Assembly (NCBI GenBank): GCA_037305845.1
Contig: CP147778.1
Location: forward strand, 608,001 to 672,000
DNA length: 64,000 nt
DNA from: Candidatus Freyarchaeum deiterrae
Lineage (GTDB): Archaea; Asgardarchaeota; Jordiarchaeia; Jordiarchaeales; Jordiarchaeaceae
Direction of reading: 5' to 3'
The notes under the pieces are model-generated. The model ran no database searches, had not been told where the DNA came from, and saw nothing but the letters and a program-made list of their open reading frames with translations. The position numbers and the translations under genes were made by a program. This document shows positions 28,673-39,472 of this stretch, piece by piece; position 1 is the stretch's first letter; each line of letters starts with the position of its first letter.

Positions 28673-29166
28673 TTCGAAACAAAATTTTTTGTGACTATAT
28701 AGACAAAGTGATACATATAAATAGTCGATTGATTTTCACTAGTGTCTTATTTAATCTTAAACGAGTTATTTTTTATGAATAGGTAAGTATGCGAAATCTA
28801 CCTTGGAAGTCTGCTGAAATAGAGTCAGGTATTGCAAGGGGGAAAAGGAATGCTAGTTTGCTTTGGCAAACTAAGGATTTTTCAAAGAAGGTGAGTAAGT
28901 TTCAGGTACTATTCTTTTCTCGTTCTTAGGTGGAGAGATATAACGGAATTTCTCTGAGGGGCTGAGCATTCAAGGCATGAGAATCTTTTTCATTTTTTTG
29001 TATGATTATAGATTTCATTACACATGTTATAAAGAGGACAGATGGGGTGAAATTAAATCTTTAGATGCGGTATAAGTGTAGGTATGGACCATAAGCGATA
29101 ACCATAAAAGATTTATGGATAAACAGCTTAAAGAATTAGATATGCTGTCAAGCGGTATAGATAGAC

Positions 29167-29598
29167 TTGAGTCTATATAAAAAAAATATTGAATTTAAGG
29201 GGTTAATGAGAATGAGTACGAGTACAAGACCTGTTCCAATAACTTTTTTTACAATAATAGCGCTAATCATGGGCGTGCTTGGAATAGTTGCAAGCATGTT
29301 AATTTTCTTCGTTTATGCAGTGCCTTCTATTACAAATCTATCAACTGACGGGGATGCAACAATTGGGGTAATTGTATTAATCGTGGCTGTGGTCTATCTG
29401 ATTACGAGTTTCGGTCTCTGGATGTTAAAGAACTGGGCAAGACTTTTGATGCTAATCCTCGTTATTCCGACCATTATAGGAAGTTTTTTGGCTCTATTTG
29501 TTTTCCCAATTGGTACTGTGGCAGGAATCATAGGATTTATTTTTTGTATAATAATAGTGGTCTACATGACTGGAGAAGTTAAAGTCTATTTCGGGTAG
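29167..29598 (+). CDS. Four-TM membrane protein (probable start ATG 29212)
   Basis: RP..IT...II, GLW.LKNWAR, hydrophobic helices. Confidence 0.75.
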   Translation: MSLYKKNIEFKGLMRMSTSTRPVPITFFTIIALIMGVLGIVASMLIFFVYAVPSITNLSTDGDATIGVIVLIVAVVYLITSFGLWMLKNWARLLMLILVIPTIIGSFLALFVFPIGTVAGIIGFIFCIIIVVYMTGEVKVYFG

Positions 29599-29600
29599 AA

Positions 29601-29922
29601 CTAATAATAAATATAATTATTTTTTTTGTTTTTTATTTTATTACTATGGTTTAGAGAAGTTGCTCCCCATCTATCGTTTGAAGTTATTTTTTTTCTTGAA
29701 TCCACAATTAAAATTAGAGACGGAGTACCAAAAGCATCATCATTTCTAAATTCGCCAGACATGTACGTTCTCGGGTTTAATGCAACAGGGACTACAGGCA
29801 ATCCCTTGTAATCTTGATGCGTGTTTAGGAAATCCGCTCTCCCCGGAGCTGAAGCAATAATATTTGAACCCCCCCCTAGTAAATGGTACCTCTGAGGTTT
29901 TACCAGACGAAGGAATATTCAT
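29601..29922 (-). pseudogene. galK: Galactokinase (GHMP kinase) N-terminal fragment
   Basis: ASAPGRADFLNTHQDYKGLPVVPVALN matches the galactose-binding signature; out of frame with ATG 29922 across a G8 run; truncated. Confidence 0.75.
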
Positions 29923-29937
29923 TTATAATCCCTTTTT

Positions 29938-30780
29938 CTAGTGCTCTTCGGTTTTTGATTCATAAATTTTCTTCAAGAGCAGTGCGTCAAACTCTATGTT
30001 AGGGCTTTCTGAGATTACAATCCCTTTTATCTTGTAGTCTTTCCAGGATTTTATCAGCTCCTCATAATTTATGTCTGACTCCGCCAGCGTAATGTGTCTT
30101 ATCTCGCCCTTTGGAGAGTATTCTACTCCTGAGATGTGGATGTGCATGTTATCTAGAATTTCCCTTCCCAGACCATTCTCTAATTTACTGAGGACTGATT
30201 CAAAGTGTTGGTATCTGTTTGATTCACCGTTTGTGCGGGCGTTAAGATGCGCAAAGTCAACAGCTGGAAGAACCTGTTCTATTTCTTGGCTCAGTTTTAT
30301 TAGCTCTCCGAGGGTCCCGAATTGACTTTTTTTGCCCGTAGTCTCCGGCCTTATCCAAACATTATTTCCCTCTTCTTGAAGGGCCTTAATAATTGGGGAA
30401 AGATGTTCCTTAACGGTTTTATAAACGGATTCTGGTTTGGCTTCTCCGTAGGTTGCTACGTGAAAGGTTATGGATTTTCCCCCTGCTATCTTGGTGGTTC
30501 TGGCCGTTTTTAGTATTCTGTCGATACTAGCTTTAACAGTTTCTCTTTTGAGAGAGTTTAAATTGATGTAGTAAGGTCCATGAGCTGTGAGGTGAACATT
30601 GTGTTCTTTTGCCACCATTTTTATTTTCTGGGCGAGAGTTTTACTCATTTTTACTCCGTAAACGAATTCAAGTTCCAAAGCATCCAGTCCAAGTTCTCTC
30701 ACTCTTTTTATACCATTTATGGAGCTTTTTTTCTGAGTAGTTATTGGTATTCCAGCTGTGCCGAAAAACAACATCTCCAA
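29938..30780 (-). CDS. nfo: Endonuclease IV-like AP endonuclease (TIM barrel)
   Basis: FGTAG.P, H.PYYINLNS, ETTGK.SQFG, DFAH..AR, H.H.SG.EY...GE..H. Confidence 0.88.
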   Translation of the reverse strand: MEMLFFGTAGIPITTQKKSSINGIKRVRELGLDALELEFVYGVKMSKTLAQKIKMVAKEHNVHLTAHGPYYINLNSLKRETVKASIDRILKTARTTKIAGGKSITFHVATYGEAKPESVYKTVKEHLSPIIKALQEEGNNVWIRPETTGKKSQFGTLGELIKLSQEIEQVLPAVDFAHLNARTNGESNRYQHFESVLSKLENGLGREILDNMHIHISGVEYSPKGEIRHITLAESDINYEELIKSWKDYKIKGIVISESPNIEFDALLLKKIYESKTEEH

Positions 30781-31089
30781 TCAACTATCTTCGTTTAAGT
30801 TTTAGAAAATAATTCATTTTATACGAGAATTGGCGCTTGTATTTGTACTGAATTTTTAATCGCAAGAAAACTTTTGAAAGGCGTTAATTATACTTTCTTA
30901 TAAGGTACTAGGAATATTTATTTCTGTATCGTTACAAACAATCACTAAAAATAAAATTTTTAAACCTTCTCAACTTGAAGATGTTATATTAATCTCTAGT
31001 TGTGTAACAAAAAATAGCCTACCATAATATATGGAACAATTTGGAAAACTTTTAAGGCGATAATACATATTTATATTCTAAGGGAAAAA

Positions 31090-32208
31090 GTGGGTGGTTT
31101 ATTGTTCGTAAAGCAAGGTGTCTGTTTCGCTGTCTTTGACGAAAATGAAGGACCAATTTGTGTTCATTTTAAGGGAATTGAAAGACCTATTGCGGAAAAG
31201 ATCGCCTTAAAGAGTATGGTTGCCGCACTATCTTTTAGTCAGCAGGTAGAAGAGGGAGAATCCATAATCCCTCTTCAAGAGGAAAAGCGTAACGCTTTTG
31301 TCTACTATTTCTCTGTAGCCGACGAGAAAGCTAGAGGGAAAGAGAGAGTCGGAACACTCAATTTCGTTGTTAACCGTGAGGACGGTGATGCGCTTTACCG
31401 TTTTGCTCCGATTCTCTTAGAGCACTCGAAAAGAATAGTGCAGGATATTAAAAAATACTATGTTTACAGGCAGCCGATTCCCCAAGTTCTAATGGACAGC
31501 GTGAATAGTATTTTATCAATCGACTTTGAGAGAGTAGCTCTGCCCGTTATTTTTGAAGAATATTTAATTCAAATATATCTCTCTAGGAATACTACTTTTC
31601 ACCGTTCGATTGTGGAAAAAACAAATAGCATTTCTCGGAATGAAGAAATTTTTGGAGACAAAATTGGTATCGTGGGGAGAGACGAGAATCAAAATATTGT
31701 TTGGATACTTCTCTCTTGTAATTTTTCAAAAATGAGTAATGAGCAGAAACAGAAGTTATATGGTGTTATAGATAAACTAGGAAATAATATCCCGTCATTA
31801 GAGGTAACATTTGTTCTTAACGAATTGGGTCTGAGAAAAGACGGCTCATTCGATGAGAAGATGATTGAAAAAATTACCCGAATTTCCAGAACAAAAGAAG
31901 TTGAGGGAAAAGAATTCGACCTATGCGGAACGAACGCTGGTAAAAAAATTGTTTGGGCACTTTTATCGAAAAACTTTCTAGCCATGGACGAATCTGATAT
32001 GGATGAATTAAACAGGAAAATTTACAGACTTAAGAGAGAAAACCCCTCAATGGAAGCATTCTTCACTCTGGCAGAAATACTTAGAACAACTAAACTGCAG
32101 CCTCCAAAATCAGATTTTGAAGAAAAACCCACAGGAATTAAAAAAAGAATTGGAATAAAAACAGAATTTCAAAGTTATATGAAAACTCTTAGAGAGGAAA
32201 AAAAGTAA
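31090..32208 (+). CDS. Folliculin/SMCR8-like longin (uDENN) domain plus duplicated C-terminal domain (paralogue 1; probable start TTG 31102)
   Basis: FAVFDENEGP; F.V.D.KARG..R...L.FVV; internal ~80-aa repeat. Confidence 0.6.
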   Translation: MGGLLFVKQGVCFAVFDENEGPICVHFKGIERPIAEKIALKSMVAALSFSQQVEEGESIIPLQEEKRNAFVYYFSVADEKARGKERVGTLNFVVNREDGDALYRFAPILLEHSKRIVQDIKKYYVYRQPIPQVLMDSVNSILSIDFERVALPVIFEEYLIQIYLSRNTTFHRSIVEKTNSISRNEEIFGDKIGIVGRDENQNIVWILLSCNFSKMSNEQKQKLYGVIDKLGNNIPSLEVTFVLNELGLRKDGSFDEKMIEKITRISRTKEVEGKEFDLCGTNAGKKIVWALLSKNFLAMDESDMDELNRKIYRLKRENPSMEAFFTLAEILRTTKLQPPKSDFEEKPTGIKKRIGIKTEFQSYMKTLREEKK

Positions 32209-32513
32209 AGGGACTGAACATACTTTACAATTAGAGTTTTTTAAAGCATAAAATTAAACAGAGCGCGATAAATTATACTCTCCGATTTAAGAGTTTTGGA
32301 ATTATCCTAAGCACAACATAAGTAGCTTTGTTAAACAGTATCCCCTGTGCAGTATCTGCCTAACTACAAAAGTTTTTAGATTTTCTCAATAAGTTTATAT
32401 CAGGGTGTTATAAGAAGAGTTACTATTACTTTTATTAATAATAGGAGTATTCAGAAAACATTTAATACCAATGCTTGTTGCCTTTTATTTAAGGGAAAAG
32501 CGAGAGTGATAAT

Positions 32514-33641
32514 TTGTTTGAAAAACGCGGTGTTTGCTTTGCTATTTTCGATGAAGAAACCGGTCCAACTAGTGTTTATTTTAAGGGAATCAGCAAAACA
32601 ATTGCCGATAAGATCGCTTTGAAGACCATAGTTGGTGCACTTTCTTTGAGCCAGCAAGTGGATGAGGGAGAATCTATAATTCCCATTCAGGAAGAAGAGA
32701 AGAACGTTTTTGTCTACTATTTCTCCGTAGCCGACGAGAAAGCGAGAGGGAAAGAGAGAGTCGGAACACTCAATTTCGTTGTTAACAGGGAGGATGGTGA
32801 TGTGCTTTACCGTTTTGCTCCGATTCTCTCAGAGCACTCGAAAAAAGCGGTGGAGGACATTAAAAAATACTACGTTTACAGGCAGCCGATTCCTCAAGTC
32901 CTAGTGAATAGCTTGGAAGGTATTTTATCAATCGAAGACTTTGAGAGAGCAGTTCTGCCTGATAGTTTTAAAGAGTATCTAATTAGAAGCTATCTTTCAA
33001 GGGATACTACTTTCCATCGTTCAATAGTGGAAAAAACAAGCAGTATTTCTCGGCATGAAGAAAATTTGGAGGAAATAGTGGATATCGTGGGAAGAGACAA
33101 AAACAAAGATATTGTTTGGGTGCTTCTTTTTCGTAATTTTTCTAGAATGAGTGATGAAGAGAAAAGAAGTCTATATTTGTATTTAGATAAGCTTAGAGAG
33201 AATATTTCTTCTCTGGAGGTAATATTTGTTCTTAACGAATTGGGTCTTAGAAGAGGGGGCGCATTCGACGATAAAACAATTGAAGAAATTACTCGAATTT
33301 CCAGAACCAGTGAAGCTGATGGAAAAGATTTTGATTTATACGGAACAGACAATAACGATAATATTGTTTGGGCCCTTTTATCGAAAAACTTTCTAACCAT
33401 GAACGAATCAGAAATGGATGAATTAAACAAAAAAATTTACCAACTTAAGAGAGCGAACCCCTCAATGGAAGCTTTCTTCGCCCTAGCTGAAATACTCAGA
33501 TCAACCAAACTAGAAACTCCACCACCAAAAAAACCGGAATTTGAAGGAAAACCCATAAGACTTAGGAGGATTATGGGAGCAAAAACAGAATATCAAAGTC
33601 TTATAGAATCGCTTAGGAAAAAAGAAAAAGAAAAAAAGTAG
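32514..33641 (+). CDS. Folliculin/SMCR8-like longin protein (paralogue 2)
   Basis: Colinear paralogue of 31090-32208. Confidence 0.6.
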   Translation: MFEKRGVCFAIFDEETGPTSVYFKGISKTIADKIALKTIVGALSLSQQVDEGESIIPIQEEEKNVFVYYFSVADEKARGKERVGTLNFVVNREDGDVLYRFAPILSEHSKKAVEDIKKYYVYRQPIPQVLVNSLEGILSIEDFERAVLPDSFKEYLIRSYLSRDTTFHRSIVEKTSSISRHEENLEEIVDIVGRDKNKDIVWVLLFRNFSRMSDEEKRSLYLYLDKLRENISSLEVIFVLNELGLRRGGAFDDKTIEEITRISRTSEADGKDFDLYGTDNNDNIVWALLSKNFLTMNESEMDELNKKIYQLKRANPSMEAFFALAEILRSTKLETPPPKKPEFEGKPIRLRRIMGAKTEYQSLIESLRKKEKEKK

Positions 33642-33894
33642 TTTTTTAGACCCAAAATTAAGCATAGAAGAGCGAATTGGGCCTATTTATAAAGGGCGGG
33701 GATTTATCCTGAGCATTTATCATAATCAGCAATTCTAAATAATATTACTCAAATTATAAAGTTTTAAGATGCTTTCAATAAGTTTATATCTGTGTATGCA
33801 AAAAATAACATAATTACAATGTTTGCAGGATTTCGAAAAATATTTAAGACGATGCTCGTGAGCCCTTAATTAAGGGAAAAGTGGGCGTGATGAT

Positions 33895-34395
33895 TTGTTT
33901 GAAAATCGTGGAATTTGTTTTGCTATTTTCGACGAAACGGCGGGTCCAACAAGTGTTTATTTTAAGGGAATCGATAAGACAATTGCGGATAAAATCGCTT
34001 TAAAAACTATGGTTGGTGCACTTGCTTTGAGTAGGCAAGTGGACGAGGGAGAATCTATAATTCCCATTCAGGAAGAACAGAAGAATGCATTTGTGTACTA
34101 TTTTTCGATAGTCGATGAGAAAGCCAGGGGAGGAGTTAGAATAGGTGTACTTAGTTTCGTTGTGAATAAGGAAGATGGTGACGCATTATACCGTTTGGCT
34201 CCGATTCTCTCAGAGCACTCGAAAAAAGTTGTGGAGGACATTAAAAAATACTATGTTTACAGGCAACCGATTCCCCAGGTTCTAATGGACAGCGTGGATA
34301 GTATTTTGTCAATCGAATTTGAGAAATTATTATTAAAAAAAGATAAAGAATCCAGAATTAAGGGTGCTCTAAAACACGAAGAGGATATTTGGTAG
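33895..34395 (+). CDS. Folliculin/SMCR8-like longin-only protein (paralogue 3)
   Basis: Same N-terminal domain (DEKARGGVR) with no C-terminal repeats. Confidence 0.6.
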   Translation: MFENRGICFAIFDETAGPTSVYFKGIDKTIADKIALKTMVGALALSRQVDEGESIIPIQEEQKNAFVYYFSIVDEKARGGVRIGVLSFVVNKEDGDALYRLAPILSEHSKKVVEDIKKYYVYRQPIPQVLMDSVDSILSIEFEKLLLKKDKESRIKGALKHEEDIW

Positions 34396-34657
34396 CCTTG
34401 AACTTGTATCCTGATTTTATCCAATTCTATCTACGAACTGTTTTAAAAACACCTCTCAAACTTTTTGGCAGTGGGACTTTTCAATCTTTATAAAAACTAT
34501 AAGAACATTAAAAAGTCGAGTAGCGTCGGGTAAGCTTTAACTATTATAAGAAAACTATATTACCGTTGAATAAAAGGATTTGAAAGAAATTTATGGGAAA
34601 AGTTATCCTTTAGTTTCTAGGAACGCCAAAACGCTTCAATAACGGAGGGCTATCTGG

Positions 34658-35578
34658 TTGAATTTAAATAAACGCCTCTTATCATATTCGCTTGTTATTC
34701 TTGCTCTCGAAGCTTTAGGATTATTCGGTTCTTTTTTCATTTTGTGGCAGTCCGTATTCTACTTTTATTCGGCAAGTTTAATTTACGAGAATGTTTACGG
34801 AGTTTTCACCACTTTTTATTACATTAGTTACTCTGTTGAACCCTTGCCTACGTTACTGGCTTATTGGTTGTACAGTAGGTCTGCTCTTCCAATGCTATGG
34901 ATCGCTATTCCAATATATGTAATTTTAAAACTGGTTTTATTAGCCTTAAAAAGATTTAATTTAGCCGGCTTATCAATACTTATGCCATTACTCTTCGCTG
35001 GGGAAAGGTTCTTTACCACCCTGAATATTTCTGATATTCAAAAATGGCTGTTCTCGCTTTCAGGGATCTTTATTTATCAGCAACAAGGGATAGGTCCAAT
35101 CGTATTAATGGTAGTACTCTTTCTAGGAGTCTACGGGGTTAGTTTCTTTGAGAACGCCCTCAGGCTTCCAATGATTAAACGAGTTATAAAACTCTTGAAG
35201 GAGAATCCGGAACTTGAGCTTTCCGAGATTGCTAAGGGTAGTGGATATAGTGTAAAGCAGTTATACAATATACTCACCAAAACTATTTACCAGGGAATGA
35301 TTCTCGCAGTTCTAACTGAAAAAGAATTAGTAGCATACGAAAAACCTAAGGCTCAGGAATTGATTGTCGAAGCCTTTAGAAGGGTTCTTCAGAAAAATGA
35401 AAGACTAGACATTAATGATTTACGCTATGTCATGCAGAACTCAAAAATATGGTTTTCTCCAAAAGGAGAAGATGCTCTAGGTATCATCAAAAATGCTCAG
35501 GAAGAAGGAAAGCTCTTGGCACTTATTATTGATAACAAAATAATTATACGACAATCAGAACCAAAATTCTCATACTAA
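34658..35578 (+). CDS. Membrane protein with C-terminal winged-helix/PCI-like repeats
   Basis: About four hydrophobic helices, then LELSEIAK...G.I.A and LDINDL...EGKL.A.I patterns. Confidence 0.6.
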   Translation: MNLNKRLLSYSLVILALEALGLFGSFFILWQSVFYFYSASLIYENVYGVFTTFYYISYSVEPLPTLLAYWLYSRSALPMLWIAIPIYVILKLVLLALKRFNLAGLSILMPLLFAGERFFTTLNISDIQKWLFSLSGIFIYQQQGIGPIVLMVVLFLGVYGVSFFENALRLPMIKRVIKLLKENPELELSEIAKGSGYSVKQLYNILTKTIYQGMILAVLTEKELVAYEKPKAQELIVEAFRRVLQKNERLDINDLRYVMQNSKIWFSPKGEDALGIIKNAQEEGKLLALIIDNKIIIRQSEPKFSY

Positions 35579-35621
35579 ATTCTAGGCTTCCGATTAGATA
35601 AAAACTCTATAAAATTATTTT

Positions 35622-36356
35622 TCAAATGTAGTACTGGTCGTTCTCTGGGAAAATTCTGTTTACTGAAGCAATCATTTTTTCAGCTGCTTCTGGTTTACCA
35701 GCGTTCAGGTAGCTCTGGGAGGCCCAAATGTATTTATCTCTTGCTTCATTCACATCACCCATTTCTTCAAAGAGTTCTCCACTTTTGAGATAGAGAGCTG
35801 CCGCTTCTTCATGCCTGTTCATTGCGTCCCCGTATAATATACCCAAGAGCCCGAGTACTATAGCTTGCTGGTATTTATCACCCAGCTCTTCAGATAATTT
35901 TAGCGCTTTTTTGTAGCAGCTTTCAGCTCTTTGATAATCCGCCTGTTGCTTGTATGAGAAACCTGCCCGCCAATAGCTTTCAGTCGCGTTTTTGAATGAT
36001 TTCTCCTTATCATAAATTTTCGCTGAGGTCATATAACTTTCTGCTGCCTTCTCGAACTTTTCCAATATAAAATAATTAAATCCCAAATGGCTGAGATAAA
36101 ACGCAGTGTTTTCATTTTCAAGATTCAGGTTTTGTAGTATGGTTACCGACTTTAGAAGGTATTCTAATGCCTTCGCATTTTTTTGAACAGATTCTGATAA
36201 TAGTCCTGCTTTTGCAAAGGCTGTGCTGCATTTTTCCAATTTATTATCTTCTTCAAGCTTTTTTGCAGAAGCCAGGTAAAGTTCTAAGGCTTCTCCGTAG
36301 TTTCCAGACTTCTCCATTCTCTCAGCTTCAGAAAAGAGTTCATCTGAATCCGTCAA
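35622..36356 (-). CDS. TPR/alpha-SNAP-like helical repeat protein
   Basis: Repeated A.E.Y..SA..Y and YQRAE.CY.KAL motifs. Confidence 0.8.
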   Translation of the reverse strand: MTDSDELFSEAERMEKSGNYGEALELYLASAKKLEEDNKLEKCSTAFAKAGLLSESVQKNAKALEYLLKSVTILQNLNLENENTAFYLSHLGFNYFILEKFEKAAESYMTSAKIYDKEKSFKNATESYWRAGFSYKQQADYQRAESCYKKALKLSEELGDKYQQAIVLGLLGILYGDAMNRHEEAAALYLKSGELFEEMGDVNEARDKYIWASQSYLNAGKPEAAEKMIASVNRIFPENDQYYI

Positions 36357-36882
36357 ACATTTCCGCCTCTAGCCTCTGTTCACTTAACACCGTGCACAAG
36401 AATTATTAAATTTTTATTATCTCTCTAAAAAACTAATCTAATAAAATAATGTACTATACACATAACATAAGGATAAGTGGTGAGTAACGTCAACTATCAT
36501 TGCTAAATTAATTAAAAACTGGACAACTGTGTTCCAGAATTAGATAACAGCCCATTAAATTTGAATAAGATAAACCATAGTATATACAGAAAACACAAAT
36601 GAATAATAGAGAAAGAGGTTAAGAATAAAAATTTCCAGTGATAATAGGTACTAAAGAAACCGAGTGTTGTTATGCCCTATTAGGGGGACTCTTTAAAACT
36701 GGTGGGTTACAAACCAATAGATAACTTATCCAGAATCTAAGGGAGCACCTTTAGGAAAAAAAGAAAACAAACAATTTAAAAAGCAGTAGATAGTCGTTCA
36801 GATGAGGATTCCTAATAGGTTTATGAATACAAAAATCTTAAATTCACATCGAGAATAATCTAAATAAACATTTCAAAATTCG

Positions 36883-38409
36883 GTGAAATTTATGAAATTT
36901 GCGGAAAAGTTGGGAATGCGTTATGATAATAACATCAACGAGCATCTAGCTTTTGATGATGTTTCTCTGCTGCCGGGAAGGAGTGACTTTGAACCAAACG
37001 AAGCGGACATTTCAGTATTAATAACACCTGAGCACCTGTTAGCTATTCCCTTTATAGCTTCTCCCATGGATCGTGTTACTGAGTCGGAAATGTGCATAGC
37101 CTTAGCTAGGGAAGGAGCATTGGGTGTACTTCACAGGAACTGCCCCATGCAAGTGGAAGTGGACATGGCAAAGAGGGTTAAGCGTGAGGAGATATCTGGA
37201 ATAATAAGAGACCCTCTGACTGTAACACCTGATACTCAAATATCAACAGTAATTAGAATGATGCGTGAAAAAAACATTTCAGGATTACCAGTTCTGGATA
37301 AATCCGGCGAATTAGTGGGAATAATCACAAACAGAGACGTTGTCACCGCTAATCCAGAAACTCTTGTAAGTAAGGAGATGACTCCCAAGGAAAAACTAGT
37401 AACAACCTTGGAGAAGGATATACTCGAAAATGGAAAGCTCGACACAGAGAAAGTTAAACAATTACTCCACCTTCACCGAATCGAGAAACTTTTGGTTCTG
37501 GATGAACTCCTAAAACTCACTGGTCTAATAACTCTCAAAGACCTCAAAAGATTAGAGGATTCACCACATGTCTCTCGGGACGCGGAAGGACGATTAACAG
37601 TGGGTGCAAGCATTAGCCCCTTCGACCATGAGAGAGCTATAAGATTAGATCTAGTGGGAGTAGACATCCTAGTCATAGATATCGCCCACGGAATGAACGT
37701 AAACGCAATAAACGCGGTAGAAAAAATCTCAAAAGACGTAAACGCATGGATTATGTACGGCAACATAGCAACAGACGAGGGCGCAAACGAAGTAATCACA
37801 AGTAACATAGACAAACTAGCAAGTCTACGAGTGGGACTAGGCGGAGGAAGCATCTGCCAAACAACACAAGTTACAGGAGTAGGAGTCACAACGCTCTCAG
37901 CAACAGCACTCGTCGCGGACGCCGTTCAGGAACACGATGCAAACATTAGTGTAGTTGCAGATGGCGGCATTCGATCGAGCGGAGACATAGCAAAGGCGCT
38001 AGGTGTTGGTGCGAGCGCCGTTATGTGCGGCTACCTATTCGCAGGCACGGACGAGGCTCCAAGTGAGAAGGTCTACATCAGAGGCGTCCCAATGAAAAGG
38101 TACCGCGGAATGGCATCCCCATCGGCCATCAGAGAGCGATACGCAGTTGACAGATATACAAGGGGCTCCAAGAGGATAGCTGAAGGTGTTGAGGGTATGG
38201 TACCTTATAGGGGTTCTGTTAGAACTCTGGTCAGAGACCTAGCATCAGCAGTTAAAGCGGGTTATGGTTATGTAGGTGCGAGGAACACGAAGGAAATGTG
38301 GGAGAAGGCACGTTTCTCAAAGAGGACAATGATTGGTGTTAGAGAAGGACTTCCACACGATGTAATCCCAGAATCGCAGTTCCAAGATTTACATGACACA
38401 TTCTTCTAG
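36883..38409 (+). CDS. guaB: IMP dehydrogenase with CBS pair
   Basis: FDDV.LLP, PMD.VTE, D.AHG, VG.GGGSICQT, ADGGIR.SGDI.KAL, K.YRGM.S, EGVEG.VPYRG. Confidence 0.96.
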   Translation: MKFMKFAEKLGMRYDNNINEHLAFDDVSLLPGRSDFEPNEADISVLITPEHLLAIPFIASPMDRVTESEMCIALAREGALGVLHRNCPMQVEVDMAKRVKREEISGIIRDPLTVTPDTQISTVIRMMREKNISGLPVLDKSGELVGIITNRDVVTANPETLVSKEMTPKEKLVTTLEKDILENGKLDTEKVKQLLHLHRIEKLLVLDELLKLTGLITLKDLKRLEDSPHVSRDAEGRLTVGASISPFDHERAIRLDLVGVDILVIDIAHGMNVNAINAVEKISKDVNAWIMYGNIATDEGANEVITSNIDKLASLRVGLGGGSICQTTQVTGVGVTTLSATALVADAVQEHDANISVVADGGIRSSGDIAKALGVGASAVMCGYLFAGTDEAPSEKVYIRGVPMKRYRGMASPSAIRERYAVDRYTRGSKRIAEGVEGMVPYRGSVRTLVRDLASAVKAGYGYVGARNTKEMWEKARFSKRTMIGVREGLPHDVIPESQFQDLHDTFF

Positions 38410-38521
38410 AAATTGAGACCCCAGCCAACATCATACATTACCCAATTTTTCTCTTCGGTTAATTTTTATCAAGATTTCTGGTTTTGACAGAAATTAGAGA
38501 CGAAGGGGAGAGAATTAAATC

Positions 38522-39367
38522 TTGAAGTTAATGGAGACACTCAGAGGGGTGGTTCCAGAAAATTATCGGCACCTGGTTCCTAGTGGATATGAAGAGATTG
38601 GGGATATTTGTTTATTGAGACTTCCCGAGGAATTATCAGATTTTTATCCCGATATAGGTAAAGTCATTCTTGAACGCCGCCCTCGCTTGCGAGTAGTTGC
38701 TGTGCGAACCGGACGTATAACAAATGAGGAGCGGGTTGGGGACGTAAAAATTATTGCTGGAGAGAATAGAACCGAAACCATACACAGAGAGCATGATTGC
38801 AGGTATAAGATTGATTTGGCAAAGGTGTTTTTTACTCCTCGTTTGAGTTATGAACACGACCGGGTATCAAAACTCGCTAGAAGCGGAGAAGTTGTGCTAA
38901 ACATGTTTTCGGGAATGGGGGCATTCTCAATACTGATCGCAAGGAGGGTAAAACACTGTAAAGTGTTTTCGGTTGACATTAACTCCTCTGCGGTTGAATA
39001 TTTAAAAGAAAACATCCGACTTAACAAGGTAGAAGATAAGGTCTTCGCCATTCTCGGAGACGCAGCCGAAATCAAAGAGCCTACTCTAGCTGATCGGATA
39101 ATAATGCCCTTACCAATCAAGGCTTACGACTATTTGGAAATCGCAGCCAAAAAAATCTCTCCAGGAGGAACTATTCACTACTACGATACTGTACTGGCAA
39201 GAGGGACAAAAACCCAACAATTAGATAGGCTAAGTGAAAAGGTTACCAATAGACTTAAAGAATTAAATTTAGAGATTGAAATCCCGTATAAGAGGCGGAT
39301 AAGGAGTCTAAATTCTGGTTTTTATTTGAGTGTTTTGGATATTTTGGCGCTAAAAAAGGCTATATGA
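38522..39367 (+). CDS. Trm5/Taw2 (Met-10+)-family SAM-dependent tRNA-modifying enzyme
   Basis: IGDI, ET.HRE..C.Y..D..KVFF.PRL..E, MFSG.G.F, DR.IM.LP. Confidence 0.88.
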   Translation: MKLMETLRGVVPENYRHLVPSGYEEIGDICLLRLPEELSDFYPDIGKVILERRPRLRVVAVRTGRITNEERVGDVKIIAGENRTETIHREHDCRYKIDLAKVFFTPRLSYEHDRVSKLARSGEVVLNMFSGMGAFSILIARRVKHCKVFSVDINSSAVEYLKENIRLNKVEDKVFAILGDAAEIKEPTLADRIIMPLPIKAYDYLEIAAKKISPGGTIHYYDTVLARGTKTQQLDRLSEKVTNRLKELNLEIEIPYKRRIRSLNSGFYLSVLDILALKKAI

Positions 39368-39472
39368 TATACTCGTAAATATCTGCGGATGAAAATACTA
39401 AAATGTTTAAAAATAGGCAGTTGTCCTCGGTTCTCATATATAACCCTTTAGGAATTACTCAGGGTGTAAACC

